Assembly (NCBI GenBank): GCA_044344255.1
Contig: JBIJDH010000015.1
Coordinates: forward strand, 130,880 to 194,879
DNA length: 64,000 bases
Direction: 5' to 3'
Origin: Myxococcota bacterium
GTDB taxonomy: Bacteria; Myxococcota_A; UBA796; UBA2385
Shown: piece by piece, positions 50,047-60,006 of the stretch
Numbering within the stretch: position 1 is the stretch's first letter
How the letters are laid out: each line of letters begins with the position of its first letter
Position numbers and translations under genes: made by a program
Notes under the pieces: generated by a model
Told to the model about the DNA's origin: nothing
What the model saw: only the letters and a program-made list of their open reading frames with translations
The model's database searches: none

Positions 50047-50817
50047 ATGTCGTTGGAAGAGGGCGACACCATAAGGGTCGAGCGCACGGATCTTCTATTT
50101 GTACCGCGATCAGACCTCGCCCCGCTGGGGGAGGGCGTCGCCGCGGCCGCCCTCCGCTTCCCCGACCTCCGGCCGCGGGACCCCCTCCCGGGGCCGCCTC
50201 TCCCGCCCGCGGCCCTCGCGCCGGGGCTCGAGCGGGCGGTCGCCAAGCGGCAGATCGAGTTCGTGGCGGGGCGACTGGCGGCCCGCGAAGCCCTCCGCCG
50301 GCTCGGTCGGAGCGGCGACGACTGGCTCGGTCGGGGCGAGGATCGAGCCCCGATCTGGCCTGCGGGCTTCCTGGGGGCGATCAGCCACAGCGGCGGCCTC
50401 GCCTGGAGCGTCGCCGCCCGCGCCGTCGATCGGCGGGGCCTCGGGGTGGACGTCGAGGGCCTCGTCTCGCCCTCGGCCGCTGAGGCGGTCTCCAAGATGG
50501 TGCTCGTGGAGGGAGAGCGCCAGCGGCTGGCCGCCGCGGGCCTCGACGACCGGGCCGGCCTCACCCTTGCCTTCGCCGCCAAGGAGTGTCTGTTCAAGTG
50601 CCTCTATCCGACGGTTCGGAAGATGTTCGGCTTCGAGGCGGCGGAGCTTCAGTGGATCGACGCCGGGGGGGGCGCTTTTGGCCTCCGACTCCGTGTGTCG
50701 CTCCATCCAAGCCTGCCCGAGGGCGCGACCTTCAGCGGTCGATTCAACCGGATGACCCCGCAGGGCGCGCCGGACCCCGCGGGCGAGGCGCTGGCGGCGA
50801 TCACGGAGTGGCGATGA
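50047..50817 (+). CDS. 4'-phosphopantetheinyl transferase (EntD/Sfp-type)
   Basis: Motifs RAVAKRQIEFVAGR, PIWPAGFLGAISHS, GVDVE and FAAKECLFK. A GGAGGT RBS lies 6 nt before ATG 50047. Confidence 0.93.
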   Translation: MSLEEGDTIRVERTDLLFVPRSDLAPLGEGVAAAALRFPDLRPRDPLPGPPLPPAALAPGLERAVAKRQIEFVAGRLAAREALRRLGRSGDDWLGRGEDRAPIWPAGFLGAISHSGGLAWSVAARAVDRRGLGVDVEGLVSPSAAEAVSKMVLVEGERQRLAAAGLDDRAGLTLAFAAKECLFKCLYPTVRKMFGFEAAELQWIDAGGGAFGLRLRVSLHPSLPEGATFSGRFNRMTPQGAPDPAGEALAAITEWR

Positions 50818-52546
50818 GCCCGCCCGGGGGCGACATCAGGGATGTCGAGAGGGAGGCGAGGATTCGGCCGGCGGCCCCCTGGACACCGCCCTTGGCGTAG
50901 ACCTCCTCCGTCCAGAAGGCGCAGTTGCGCTCCGTGTCGGCCTCGAAGGCCCCGCGCTCGGTGGCGCTCAGGCGGTAGCGGCCGCGGCCGGCGTAGGGCA
51001 GCCAGAGGGCGTCGGCGGGGTGCCCGGTCTCGATGAAGGCGCCCCACTCGGCGCCGAAGGTGTCGGCCTTGGCCATGTCGCCCTCGTCGAAGGTGACGGG
51101 CTGGTCTGCTACGTCGTAGGGCTGGTCGAAGACGAAGGGGAGCTCGGCCCCGTGGCAGACGCGGGTGCGGCAGCGGGGGGAGACCCCCTCGTAGAAGTTG
51201 AAGGAGCTCGGGTCTTCGTCGGCGTAGCCGTAGGCTGCGGCGGGCAGGGTGGAGCGACCGAGCAGGTGGTCGGTGGCGCAGATGAACCAGCCGTCGGCGA
51301 CGAGGTTGGTGAGCGCGTCGATCGGATCGATCTGGTCGGCGTGGTAGCGGGGGAGAGCCTCGATCTTCGGCGCCAGCTCGGGGCCGTAGATCTGCGTGAT
51401 GAAGGTGTGGAGCTCCGCCGAGGTCCACGGGCCGAGGGACGGGACGCGGTAAGCGCTGACGAAGTAGGTCGCCTCGTCTCGGTTGTTTCCGAAGAGGACG
51501 GGCGAACGGGCCTCGAGGGAGATCGGCTGCGCGGGGAGCGAGGCCGGCTCGAGGGCGGGGCCGAAGACGAACATCGCCTGGAGCGGGCTCAGCCGCTGGA
51601 GGAGGGCGCTCTGCGCCGTCATGAGCTCGAGGGTGCTGCAGGCCAGGAGGGGACAGGGCGCCGGTAGCGCCGCCACGAGCGCGGCCTCGAGCGCCGCCGC
51701 CTCTTCGGCCGACGGGGAGGAGACCCCCGCGTAGCTGCTCTGCGCGATCGTCTGCCTGAACAGAGGCTCGGCGCCTGCCGCGGTGGGCGCGGCCATCTGG
51801 TCGAGGACGGACGTCGCGCCGGCGCTCTCCCCGACGAGGGTGACCCGCGCTGGATCTCCACCGAAGCCGGCGATGTGGTCGCGCACCCAGCCGAGCGCGA
51901 GCCGCTGGTCCATCAGCCCGAAGTTGCCGGAGCGACCCTCCTGGTGGAGGAAGCCGAGCACGCCGAGCCGGTAGTTGAAGGTGACGACCACCAGCCCTCG
52001 CTCGGCGGCGAGCCGGGCGCCGTCGTAGAGGTGCAGCGAGCCTGCGCCGCTCAGGAAGCCGCCGCCGTGGATGAACACAAAGACCGGCCGCGCGGCCTCG
52101 CCCGACGGGAGCGGGAGAGCGGAGGGCGTCCAGACGTTGAGGGAGAGGCAGTCCTCCGACATGGTCTGGTCGTTGTAGGGCTGGGTGGTGCTCCAGTCGT
52201 ACTGGGGGCAGGTGTCCCCGACCCGCGTCGTGTCGACCGCCCCCGTGGCCACGACGGGAGAGGGGGGCTGCCAGCGGTCGGCCCGACCATACTCGATCCC
52301 CAAGAAGGCGCGGACAGGCAGCGCCCCGTCACCCTCGGGCGCCACGGCGCAGCCCTGGTAGGTCGCGCCGTTCACGGTGGCCTCCGCGGGGGGCTCCCCG
52401 CCGGGGCAGGCTGGCGCATCGATCGGCGCGATGTCGGCCGTCCGGATGGAGGGGGCGGCGGGCTGGGGCTCGCAGGCGAGCAGGAGCAGCGACGGGAGCA
52501 ACGGCAGGGGCAGGGGCAGCTCGCGAAGGGGGGACAAGGGCGTCAC
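50801..52546 (-). CDS. Carboxylesterase type B family, predicted lipoprotein
   Basis: Motifs SEDCLSLNVW, HGGGF, FNYRLG, FGGDPARVTLVGESAG and HGAEL. A lipobox-like LLLLAC follows the GTG start at 52546. Confidence 0.9.
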   Translation of the reverse strand: MTPLSPLRELPLPLPLLPSLLLLACEPQPAAPSIRTADIAPIDAPACPGGEPPAEATVNGATYQGCAVAPEGDGALPVRAFLGIEYGRADRWQPPSPVVATGAVDTTRVGDTCPQYDWSTTQPYNDQTMSEDCLSLNVWTPSALPLPSGEAARPVFVFIHGGGFLSGAGSLHLYDGARLAAERGLVVVTFNYRLGVLGFLHQEGRSGNFGLMDQRLALGWVRDHIAGFGGDPARVTLVGESAGATSVLDQMAAPTAAGAEPLFRQTIAQSSYAGVSSPSAEEAAALEAALVAALPAPCPLLACSTLELMTAQSALLQRLSPLQAMFVFGPALEPASLPAQPISLEARSPVLFGNNRDEATYFVSAYRVPSLGPWTSAELHTFITQIYGPELAPKIEALPRYHADQIDPIDALTNLVADGWFICATDHLLGRSTLPAAAYGYADEDPSSFNFYEGVSPRCRTRVCHGAELPFVFDQPYDVADQPVTFDEGDMAKADTFGAEWGAFIETGHPADALWLPYAGRGRYRLSATERGAFEADTERNCAFWTEEVYAKGGVQGAAGRILASLSTSLMSPPGGLIATP

Positions 52547-52557
52547 CTCTACCACCT

Positions 52558-53988
52558 CTACCAGGGGCCGAGGACGGTGTGCTCGGCGAGGTCGACCGTC
52601 TGCCGCTCGGCGGGGTGCTCGCCTGCGATGTCGCTCACCACCACGGCGGTGGGCGTGGCGAAGCGCTCGGCGTCGCGCACGAGCCCCTCGGTGCGCACGA
52701 GCTGGCCGTCGAGCAGCATCAGGCGGGAGCCCGGTGGCCACTGACCCATCAGGTTGACGAAGAGCTGCAACAGCACAGGATCATAGCGTGTGCCCGAGTA
52801 GGGGAGCATGTGGGGCAGCACGTCGAAGGGGGCGAGGTTTCCGCCGTCGGCGCGGGAGAGGGTCTCGTAGTCCTCGGCGATGCGGATCACCCGCGCGAAG
52901 AGCGAGGGGCGTCCGTGGGGGCCTGCGTAGTCACGGTGGTGCTCGAGGGTGGCCAGGGCGCGGCGGATCTTGGCCTGGTGAAAGCCCCGCTGTCGGAGCA
53001 AGAGGCGGGCGCCGGCCGCGCCGTGGCGCTCGAAGGGGGGCGCGTAGCCGGGGTGGCCCGGCTCGTCGCCGCGGGCCGGGGTGGCGCCCTCGCGGGCCGC
53101 GTAGCCGACGTCATGAAACATCGCCGCCACGCCCAGGTCTTGGAGGGCCTCGTCGGCGAGGCCCGTGGCCCGCCCGATCAGCATCGAGAGCAGCGCGACG
53201 CGGGTGGTGTGGGCGCTGAAGGCGCTGCCCGACTCGGCTCCGTCCCAGAGGCCCTCGGCGCCGGGCCCCACCTCGAGGATCTCGGTGACGACGCGGCGAA
53301 GCGGGAGCGGGTTCGGCATCCGGTCGGCGCCGAGGGTGTCGATGGTCGCCTCGACGAGGCCGGTCGCACGGCCGGCTACCTCGCGGGTGTCGGCGTGGCT
53401 GGCCTCCCGCACGGCCTCGCCGCTGACGCGGAAGCGGAAGATGCCGAACAGCTCGACGCACTCGATGCCGACGGCCTGCAGCGCCGCCTTCAAGGTGGCC
53501 CGCGGAGAGGGCGGCTCCGGCGGGGCGGCGAAGGCCTCCACCATCCGCCGCAGGTGGGGCACGCTCGGGACGTCGTGGAAGGAGATGCCGCCGACGGACT
53601 GGCGCCGGAGCTCGGCCGAGAGCAGGGCGCCGGCGTCGTTGCGGGAGTCCATGCGCACGCGCGCGTCGTTGACGTAGACCTGATCCTCCACCACCACGAT
53701 GTGCACGGCGCCCAGCGTGTCGTAGAGGGCGGACAGGTTTCGGTGCGTGTCCTCGATAGGCTTGTCGAAGGCGTGGTTGTCGAGCTCGTGGGTGCGGGTC
53801 ATCCGCAGGAGGCCGAAGAGCTGCCGGATGAGCTGCTCTCCCTGCTCACGCACGCGCGCTGCGAGGTCGCGGTCTTCGCCGGCCCGCGCCTGCTCGAGGG
53901 CCTTGCCGAGGGAGGCCTGGGAGCGGTCGAGCTCTGGATCGGCCTCTTCGGCCAGCGGGGAGGCCGGGGGCTGCAGCGAGTCACCCAT
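52558..53988 (-). CDS. HD-GYP-like / HD domain phosphohydrolase
   Basis: Motifs AAMFHDVG, HGAAGARLL, EHHRDY, RIAEDYETL and YDPVLLQLFVNLMG. There is no canonical GYP. ATG 53988 overlaps the upstream stop. Confidence 0.8.
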   Translation of the reverse strand: MGDSLQPPASPLAEEADPELDRSQASLGKALEQARAGEDRDLAARVREQGEQLIRQLFGLLRMTRTHELDNHAFDKPIEDTHRNLSALYDTLGAVHIVVVEDQVYVNDARVRMDSRNDAGALLSAELRRQSVGGISFHDVPSVPHLRRMVEAFAAPPEPPSPRATLKAALQAVGIECVELFGIFRFRVSGEAVREASHADTREVAGRATGLVEATIDTLGADRMPNPLPLRRVVTEILEVGPGAEGLWDGAESGSAFSAHTTRVALLSMLIGRATGLADEALQDLGVAAMFHDVGYAAREGATPARGDEPGHPGYAPPFERHGAAGARLLLRQRGFHQAKIRRALATLEHHRDYAGPHGRPSLFARVIRIAEDYETLSRADGGNLAPFDVLPHMLPYSGTRYDPVLLQLFVNLMGQWPPGSRLMLLDGQLVRTEGLVRDAERFATPTAVVVSDIAGEHPAERQTVDLAEHTVLGPW

Positions 53989-55783
53989 TCTTGATGCCCT
54001 CCCGTCGTCGTCGGTGCAGGACGCGGTTGCAGTGCTCATGGAGCTCCTGGCCGGCCCGCTCGGAGAACCACTTGATGTCGGCCTCGGCCTCTGCGAGCGG
54101 TAGGAAGCCGAGGGCGGAGATCGCCGCCCACTGGCGGTGCTTGGCGCCCACCGTCACGCCGCCCTTGAGGCGCTCCATCCACCCGGTGGGGCGGATGAGG
54201 GGGCGGAACAGGGCCGCGGCGCGGTCGGGCTGCAGCCAGGCCAAGGCGCGGCCGAGGATGTCAGCCTCACGCAGCGTGAGGGTGGGGCAGCGGTCGAGGT
54301 GGGCGTTGAGCTCGGTGAAGGCGCTGCGGTCGCCGCTCTTGGTGACACGCTCGATGATGTGCAGGCGGATGTCCTCGACGCTGGATCCGAGGAGCTCGAT
54401 CAGCAGCGGCATCGGCAGGGGCTCGGCACGGACCGCCTCGATCAGGGCCCGCAGGGTGGGCAGCAGCTCGGGCTCGGCGCGGTGGGCGAGGCGCTGGAGG
54501 AGCTCGACGTCGCGGTCGCTGCGGACGGCCCTCACGGCGCTGACGAGGTCAATCGTCACCTTGGGCGGCGCTGAGCCGAGGCGCGCGAGCACGGTGTCGA
54601 TGCGGGTGCGCATCTGATGACTGACGAGCTGCCGCTCCACCGCTCGGGTGCGGACGCCGCCCTCCTCGTTGAGGATGTCGAGCAGGCTCGAGAGGTGGTC
54701 GCCGGGCAGGAGGTCGAGCAGCTCGAGCAGCTCCGCAGGGGCCTCGGAGGCGCCGGGGGGCATCGAGTGGAGGATGCGCCGCAGCGCGACGGGCTCGGTG
54801 AAGCGGCTGAGCTCCCGATCGATGAGCTCGGGGTCCAGCGGCCGGGCCGACTGGAGCACGTGGGCGAGCTCGAGCAGCCGATGGAGCTGACCTTCAGAGA
54901 GCAAGAAGCCGCGCACCTCTTCGAGGAGGTGACCGAGATCGGTGATGGTCAAGGGGTCGGAGGGGTCGGCGGCGGCGGCGAGGAGCGCGCGCACGAGGCG
55001 GACGGTGTCCTCGGGGATCTGCTGCGAGGAGGCCTCCTTCCGGAGGGCTTCCAGCGCCTCGACGGGGATCGGCTGGTAGCTGACCTCAATCCGCGCCCCG
55101 GTGGTGGGGGCCGGGAGGTCCCAGTCGCGCGGGGTGTCGACGTGGGCGCCCGCGTGGCGGTACCGCGCAGTGTCGGCGCGCTCGGTGCGCTCGCCGGTCG
55201 CGGGGGCGGTGCTGTGGTCGACCTCCTCGTCGGGCACGAAGCCCTCGACGGCGGCGATCTCGATGTGCTGGAAGCCGGCCTTCCACAGCAGCGTCACCAC
55301 GTCATCTTCGTGCTGGCGCACGCCGGTGAAACGGATGCTCAGGATCTCGAGCAGCCGCAGCAGCTCCTCCCAGGGGATGCCGGGCCGGAGGCTCAGGCGC
55401 CGGACGCCGTCGCGGAAGAGGCGAAAGGCGAGGGAGCGGTCTCGATCCCGCTCGAGGTAGACCACCTCACCCTCGCGGACGAGCTCGAAGGGCCGCACAT
55501 CCAGGTCGAGCGCGCCGTGGAGGAGGGCGGCGTGGAAGGCCTCTCGGTACTCGCGGAGGAAGGTTCGGATGGCCTCGTTCTGCGGATCGTAGAGCAGGAA
55601 GCTCCGCGCGGCGCGGGAGAGGCTTCGCAGCGCCTTGTTGGTGGCGAGCCCGACGTCGGAGGCGCCGACAGGGGCCTCGTCGTGCTCGCCCTCGGCGTGG
55701 CTCCGTGGCTCCACCGCGGCGGTGCTCCGTGGCTCCACTTCGGCGGGCGGCTGGGGCGGATTGTGGTCGCCGAGCGTCGTCAT
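53981..55783 (-). CDS. Helical (HEAT-repeat-like) hypothetical protein commonly paired with HD-GYP genes
   Basis: N-terminal ARSFLLYDP...LAFRLFRDGVRRL...DDVVTLLWKAGFQHI domain followed by Leu-rich helical repeats. ATG at 55783. Confidence 0.65.
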   Translation of the reverse strand: MTTLGDHNPPQPPAEVEPRSTAAVEPRSHAEGEHDEAPVGASDVGLATNKALRSLSRAARSFLLYDPQNEAIRTFLREYREAFHAALLHGALDLDVRPFELVREGEVVYLERDRDRSLAFRLFRDGVRRLSLRPGIPWEELLRLLEILSIRFTGVRQHEDDVVTLLWKAGFQHIEIAAVEGFVPDEEVDHSTAPATGERTERADTARYRHAGAHVDTPRDWDLPAPTTGARIEVSYQPIPVEALEALRKEASSQQIPEDTVRLVRALLAAAADPSDPLTITDLGHLLEEVRGFLLSEGQLHRLLELAHVLQSARPLDPELIDRELSRFTEPVALRRILHSMPPGASEAPAELLELLDLLPGDHLSSLLDILNEEGGVRTRAVERQLVSHQMRTRIDTVLARLGSAPPKVTIDLVSAVRAVRSDRDVELLQRLAHRAEPELLPTLRALIEAVRAEPLPMPLLIELLGSSVEDIRLHIIERVTKSGDRSAFTELNAHLDRCPTLTLREADILGRALAWLQPDRAAALFRPLIRPTGWMERLKGGVTVGAKHRQWAAISALGFLPLAEAEADIKWFSERAGQELHEHCNRVLHRRRREGIKNG

Positions 55784-55844
55784 CTTCCGGGTCCCCAGGG
55801 AGGGGCGGATGCTACTCCAAATCCGCCGACCGCGGGCGGGGTGA

Positions 55845-58800
55845 CTATCGCACCCAGAGCGCCTCGGCGCCGCCGGGCGTCCCATAGGAGATCCAGCCGC
55901 CGCCCCACGATGAAGCCAGGAAGTTGGCGCCGTCCGCCCCGCAGAGGGTGAGGCCGAGGTTGGCCGAGGGGCTCTCCGAGAAGTCCCAGCCCCCGCCGAG
56001 GCCGCTGTGGCCCTTGCAGCTCGAAGGCGCCCCCTCGGGATCATCGACGCCGCCCGAGCCGCCGCTCGTGTAGCTCGCCGGGCCGCCGCACCAGTAGTAG
56101 GGGCTGGGGTCGCCGTAGAGCAGGTAGCCGGGCTCGCCGAAGGAGATGCGGAGGGTGTCGCGGGCGATGGGCTCGGAGCGCCAGGCCTCGGCGCCGGCCG
56201 CGTAGGCGCTCACCTTGAGCTCGGCCCATTCGAAGGTGTTGAGATCGATCCAGCCGCGATGCCCGGCGCTGTCGAGGCTCGCGGCCTCGGGGCTCGCCGA
56301 CAGGGAGGTCAAGCCCTCCTCTCCGGCGCCGAAGTCGCCCTGGCTGCCCCCCGCGGCGCTGCTGCGTACGAAGCCGAGGGTCCAGCCGCCGCCCTCGCTG
56401 TGCTGGTCGCACCAGAGCGCGGCGGCGGTGCCGGAGGGGAGCAGGATGTAACGCGGGCCGTCGTCGGTGAGGCCGAGGGACAGGGCCTCAGCGCAGCTCA
56501 AGACGGCGCAGGCGGCGGAGCTGCCGGGCTCGGAGGCGACGAGGCCGTCGCAGTCGTGGTCGACGCCGTCGCAGCCCTCGGGGGCGCCGGGGTGGGCGCT
56601 GGGGTCGGCGTCGTCGCAGTCGCCGCCCAGCACCGCGGCGCCGTCGCCCGCCGCGCAGGCGGTGACGATGGTGGACTCGTCGCCGTAGTCGTCCTGGTCA
56701 CCGTCGGCGAAGAAGGGGAGGCCGTCGGCGAGGTCGGGGTCGGCCTCGTCGATGAGGCCGTCGCCGTCGTCGTCGGCGCCGTTACAGACCTCGGGGTGGG
56801 TGGCCGCGCCGCTGTCCCGCGCGTCGTCGCCGCTGTCGGCGGGCGCGGGGGAGTCTCCCGGCGCGGCGCTGTCCCCGGCGGGGGCGTCGGCCTCAGGCGG
56901 ACCAGCCTTGCCGCCGCCGCAGGCGCTGAGCAGGAGCGTCAAGGCGGCGCAGAGAGCGCCGGCGCCGAGGGCGCGCGGCCCGCCTCGTCGGCGCCCCAGG
57001 AGGGCGAGGGAGAGCGCGGCTAGCGCCCACCGCCCTGGGGGGGGGCGCCCGACGGCCGCGCAGCCGACCGCGATCTCGACGGTGGCGCTGGGCGCGGAGG
57101 GCGGGGCGGCCTCGGCTCCGCCGTCGATCCCGTCGCGGAGGGCGGAGAGGTCCTGCTCGCCGCCCGCCCAGCGGTTGGGGGCGCCGAAGGAGGACTGGTC
57201 GGCGGCGGCGTAGGCCCCGTCGCGGCGGGTGTCGGGGCCGGGGTCGGCCTGGAGGGCGCCCACCTCGTCCTTGCCGATGCCCGCGAGGCCGCCCTGCCCC
57301 TCGCCGACGGGCCCGTACCGCAGCCGGCCCTCCCGGTCGCGCAGGGTGAGCTGCCAGTCGCGGGGACTGACGTCAAAGGGGAGCGCGGAGATGGACACGC
57401 CGCTCCCCGACCGGCCGGCGCGCAGGTGGAGGCGCCAGTCACCGCCGGCGGGGTCATAGGCGGTGTCCTCGGGCATGTCCTCGGCCACGGTGAGGAGCGT
57501 GCCGCTGCGCAGGTCGGAGAGGACCGGCGCCTCGCTGAAGGTGAGTCGACTCTCCAGTCCGGCGCGGTCCCGGAGCTCTATCGACCAGCCGCGAAGATCC
57601 GTGTGGTCGGTGAGGATGACGAATTCGAGCCAGTCGCCGCCGTTGCCCTCGACCGCGCCGAGGGCGGGATCCCCCTCCGACAGGGTCTCCCCCGGCTCCA
57701 CTGCGCTCCACTCATTGAGGACCACCGCGGCGGGCGCGTCGACCTCATAGAGCCGCGCCTCGATCGGCCCCCACTCCTCGCCCCGTCTCAGCCGGGCGGA
57801 GACCACCGTGCTGTAGGGGAGGATGACCGTGTCGGCCTCTCGGGCGGTGGGGGCGGGCTCACCGCCAGGCTGGCGGGGATCGGATCCGTCGAGGGTGAGC
57901 CAGAGCTCGGCGTCGGCCTCGCCCTCGAGGTGCAGCACCGTCCCTGCCTCGACGTCCCCCGCCTCAAGGGAGAGGAGCGGGGCGGGGAGGTCGATCCAGC
58001 CGGCGGCCCGGAGCTGGGCGAGCAGCACGAGGTCGCGGGCGCCGAGGAAGGTGAGCACGCGATCGCGCTCGGTGACCCACTGGTCGGCCGGCCGCCACCA
58101 GCCGCCGCCCCAGCGCGCGGCCTCGGGGAGGAGCAGGGGCTCGATCTCGTCGGCGATGGCGGCGTAGCGGGCGGTGGCCTCCGCGGCCACGAGGGGCCCC
58201 TCGCCCTCGAGGTTGCGGTGAACGGCGTCCTTCAAGGCGACGCGGAAGTCGGGGTGGCCCAGGGCGAGCAGCGCGGCAAAGACGCCGGAGGGCCCGGGGG
58301 CGGTGAGGATGTTCGTCTCGACCGGATAGACGAGGCAGATGTCATTGTCATAGGACTGGAACCGGAAGGGGCCTGTGCCGGCGGGGCCGGCCGCCACCCA
58401 GTTCTGGCTGGGGAGCCAGTCCCAGGCGTTGGCGGCATAGAAGTTGAGAACCATGTAGTCGAGGAAATTCGCCAGGTCGAGGTAGGCCGCCGCCGCCTCG
58501 AAGTCACCGGAGGCGGCGACCAGGGCGGCCCAGCCAGCGCCGTCGCCGTCTACCGGGCTCCCGCCGTTCACCGACTCATAGTCCTCCTCCTCGCCGCCGA
58601 GATAGGTGGCGAGCATATCGGCGCTGAAGCGCTCGCGCAGGTGATAGAGGCCGATGTAGTCGCCGTCCAGCCAGGCGTGCACGTAGCGGCCGTGGGGCGC
58701 GAGGTGGCCCATCGCGCGTTGGCTGTCGTCCATCCAGCGGGCGCGGGTGTACTGGGCCTGGGCGGCGAGGTAGAAGACAGAGTCGTGGTTGCCGCTGCGC

Positions 58801-59399
58801 AGGGCGAGGCTGTCGAAGCTCGAGGCCGGGGCCCAGCCGAGCCCGTCGTCGGGATAGAGCTCGCGGCGCCAGCGTGGGCTCCCATATTCCCCGCGGAATT
58901 CCATGCGCAGGCTGGTCTTCGGATAGACCACGCTGGTGCGCCCCGTGCGCTTGAGGCCCATGTCGAGCTGTTCAGTTTCGCCGGCCGGCTCCATCCACTC
59001 GAGGCTGGCGGGCGTCTCCTCGTAGCCGAGCGGCGCGCCGACGGTGAGCGCGACGGAGGGCACGGCGGAGAGGGCGTCGATCAGCGCTGGGCCGAGGCTC
59101 GGGTCATCGACGATGACGGCGTCGAGCTTGGGGAGGGCGCTCGAGAGGAGGAGGTAGGTCCACCGGCCCGCGGGCCCGAGGGCGCCATCGGACCCGAGCT
59201 CGGCCGCGCGCAGCGTCGCGGTCTCTCCGATCTCGATCGGCCCGATGTAGGGGGTTGTGGGCTCGCCGCCGTCGAGGCTGTAGTAGAGCGCGCCGCCGGC
59301 CTCGGCGCTGAGGGTGACCGTGAGCGGCCCGGCGTAGAGGCCGCGGTCCGGGCTGGCCGAAGGGGAGGCGAGGGCGGCGGCGGTGAGCAGCAGGAGCAT
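55845..59399 (-). CDS. Secreted CotH kinase-family protein with Fn3/chitobiase-like, lamin-tail-like, Cys/Asp metal-binding repeat and fibrinogen-like domains
   Basis: Signal peptide, YYSLDGGEP, CotH motifs (KTSLRMEF, YIGLYHLRER, DW...NW, YDND), VVLNEW..GDWLEF, DCDDADP...EGCDGVDHDCDG and SCAE...WCDQHSEGGGWTL. Confidence 0.8.
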   Translation of the reverse strand: MLLLLTAAALASPSASPDRGLYAGPLTVTLSAEAGGALYYSLDGGEPTTPYIGPIEIGETATLRAAELGSDGALGPAGRWTYLLLSSALPKLDAVIVDDPSLGPALIDALSAVPSVALTVGAPLGYEETPASLEWMEPAGETEQLDMGLKRTGRTSVVYPKTSLRMEFRGEYGSPRWRRELYPDDGLGWAPASSFDSLALRSGNHDSVFYLAAQAQYTRARWMDDSQRAMGHLAPHGRYVHAWLDGDYIGLYHLRERFSADMLATYLGGEEEDYESVNGGSPVDGDGAGWAALVAASGDFEAAAAYLDLANFLDYMVLNFYAANAWDWLPSQNWVAAGPAGTGPFRFQSYDNDICLVYPVETNILTAPGPSGVFAALLALGHPDFRVALKDAVHRNLEGEGPLVAAEATARYAAIADEIEPLLLPEAARWGGGWWRPADQWVTERDRVLTFLGARDLVLLAQLRAAGWIDLPAPLLSLEAGDVEAGTVLHLEGEADAELWLTLDGSDPRQPGGEPAPTAREADTVILPYSTVVSARLRRGEEWGPIEARLYEVDAPAAVVLNEWSAVEPGETLSEGDPALGAVEGNGGDWLEFVILTDHTDLRGWSIELRDRAGLESRLTFSEAPVLSDLRSGTLLTVAEDMPEDTAYDPAGGDWRLHLRAGRSGSGVSISALPFDVSPRDWQLTLRDREGRLRYGPVGEGQGGLAGIGKDEVGALQADPGPDTRRDGAYAAADQSSFGAPNRWAGGEQDLSALRDGIDGGAEAAPPSAPSATVEIAVGCAAVGRPPPGRWALAALSLALLGRRRGGPRALGAGALCAALTLLLSACGGGKAGPPEADAPAGDSAAPGDSPAPADSGDDARDSGAATHPEVCNGADDDGDGLIDEADPDLADGLPFFADGDQDDYGDESTIVTACAAGDGAAVLGGDCDDADPSAHPGAPEGCDGVDHDCDGLVASEPGSSAACAVLSCAEALSLGLTDDGPRYILLPSGTAAALWCDQHSEGGGWTLGFVRSSAAGGSQGDFGAGEEGLTSLSASPEAASLDSAGHRGWIDLNTFEWAELKVSAYAAGAEAWRSEPIARDTLRISFGEPGYLLYGDPSPYYWCGGPASYTSGGSGGVDDPEGAPSSCKGHSGLGGGWDFSESPSANLGLTLCGADGANFLASSWGGGWISYGTPGGAEALWVR

Positions 59400-59442
59400 G
59401 GGGGCATCCTACCCCCGGCGCGCCGCGCCGCCGGGCGGGCGG

Positions 59443-59472
59443 TTGACGGGACCCATCGCCTTCCGGTATAAG
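59443..59472 (+). promoter_or_regulatory. sigma70-type promoter
   Basis: TTGACG (59443-48)-N18-TATAAG (59467-72) lies upstream of the AGGAG RBS and ATG 59532. Confidence 0.55.
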
Positions 59473-59531
59473 CGGCCTTGTTCGTCTTTTCCCTCCACTC
59501 TTCCCTCCGCGAGTCCCGCTCAGGAGCTACG

Positions 59532-59972
59532 ATGGCCCCGCTCTTGCTCTCCCTGGTCAGCTCGGCGCTGGCCGCCACCACCCTGAACATCCCCGTCTCC
59601 GCCTTCGTCCATGACGCCGATCGGTACTCCTGCAATCGGGACTCGGGTGATCGGCTGCAGGTCGATGGGGGAGACTGCTACGCAACGGCGCCGCTGCTCC
59701 TGCCGTCGGGCACCGTGGTCTCCGGGGTGAAGGTCTACTACTACGACAACTCGTCGGGCTGTTCGCTGAAGTGGTACTTCATGAAGCACACGACGTCGGC
59801 CAGCGGCGGCTCGATCGACAACGGGTCCTCAACCTCCTCGTCCACGTCCGTGCGCTCGGACACGCTGACCGGCGGCACCCTGAGCAGCTCGTACTTCTAC
59901 TCGATCAAGGTGGAGATGACCTACACGTCCAGCAACTCCTGTTACATCAACGGGGTCCAGGTCACCTACTGA
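59532..59972 (+). CDS. Secreted Ser/Thr/Tyr-rich hypothetical protein
   Basis: AGGAG RBS, signal peptide MAPLLLSLVSSALA, four Cys and strong GC3 bias. Confidence 0.75.
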   Translation: MAPLLLSLVSSALAATTLNIPVSAFVHDADRYSCNRDSGDRLQVDGGDCYATAPLLLPSGTVVSGVKVYYYDNSSGCSLKWYFMKHTTSASGGSIDNGSSTSSSTSVRSDTLTGGTLSSSYFYSIKVEMTYTSSNSCYINGVQVTY

Positions 59973-60006
59973 CGGCGTCGGCGGTTCAGCTGGGTGGCAG
60001 TCAGGT

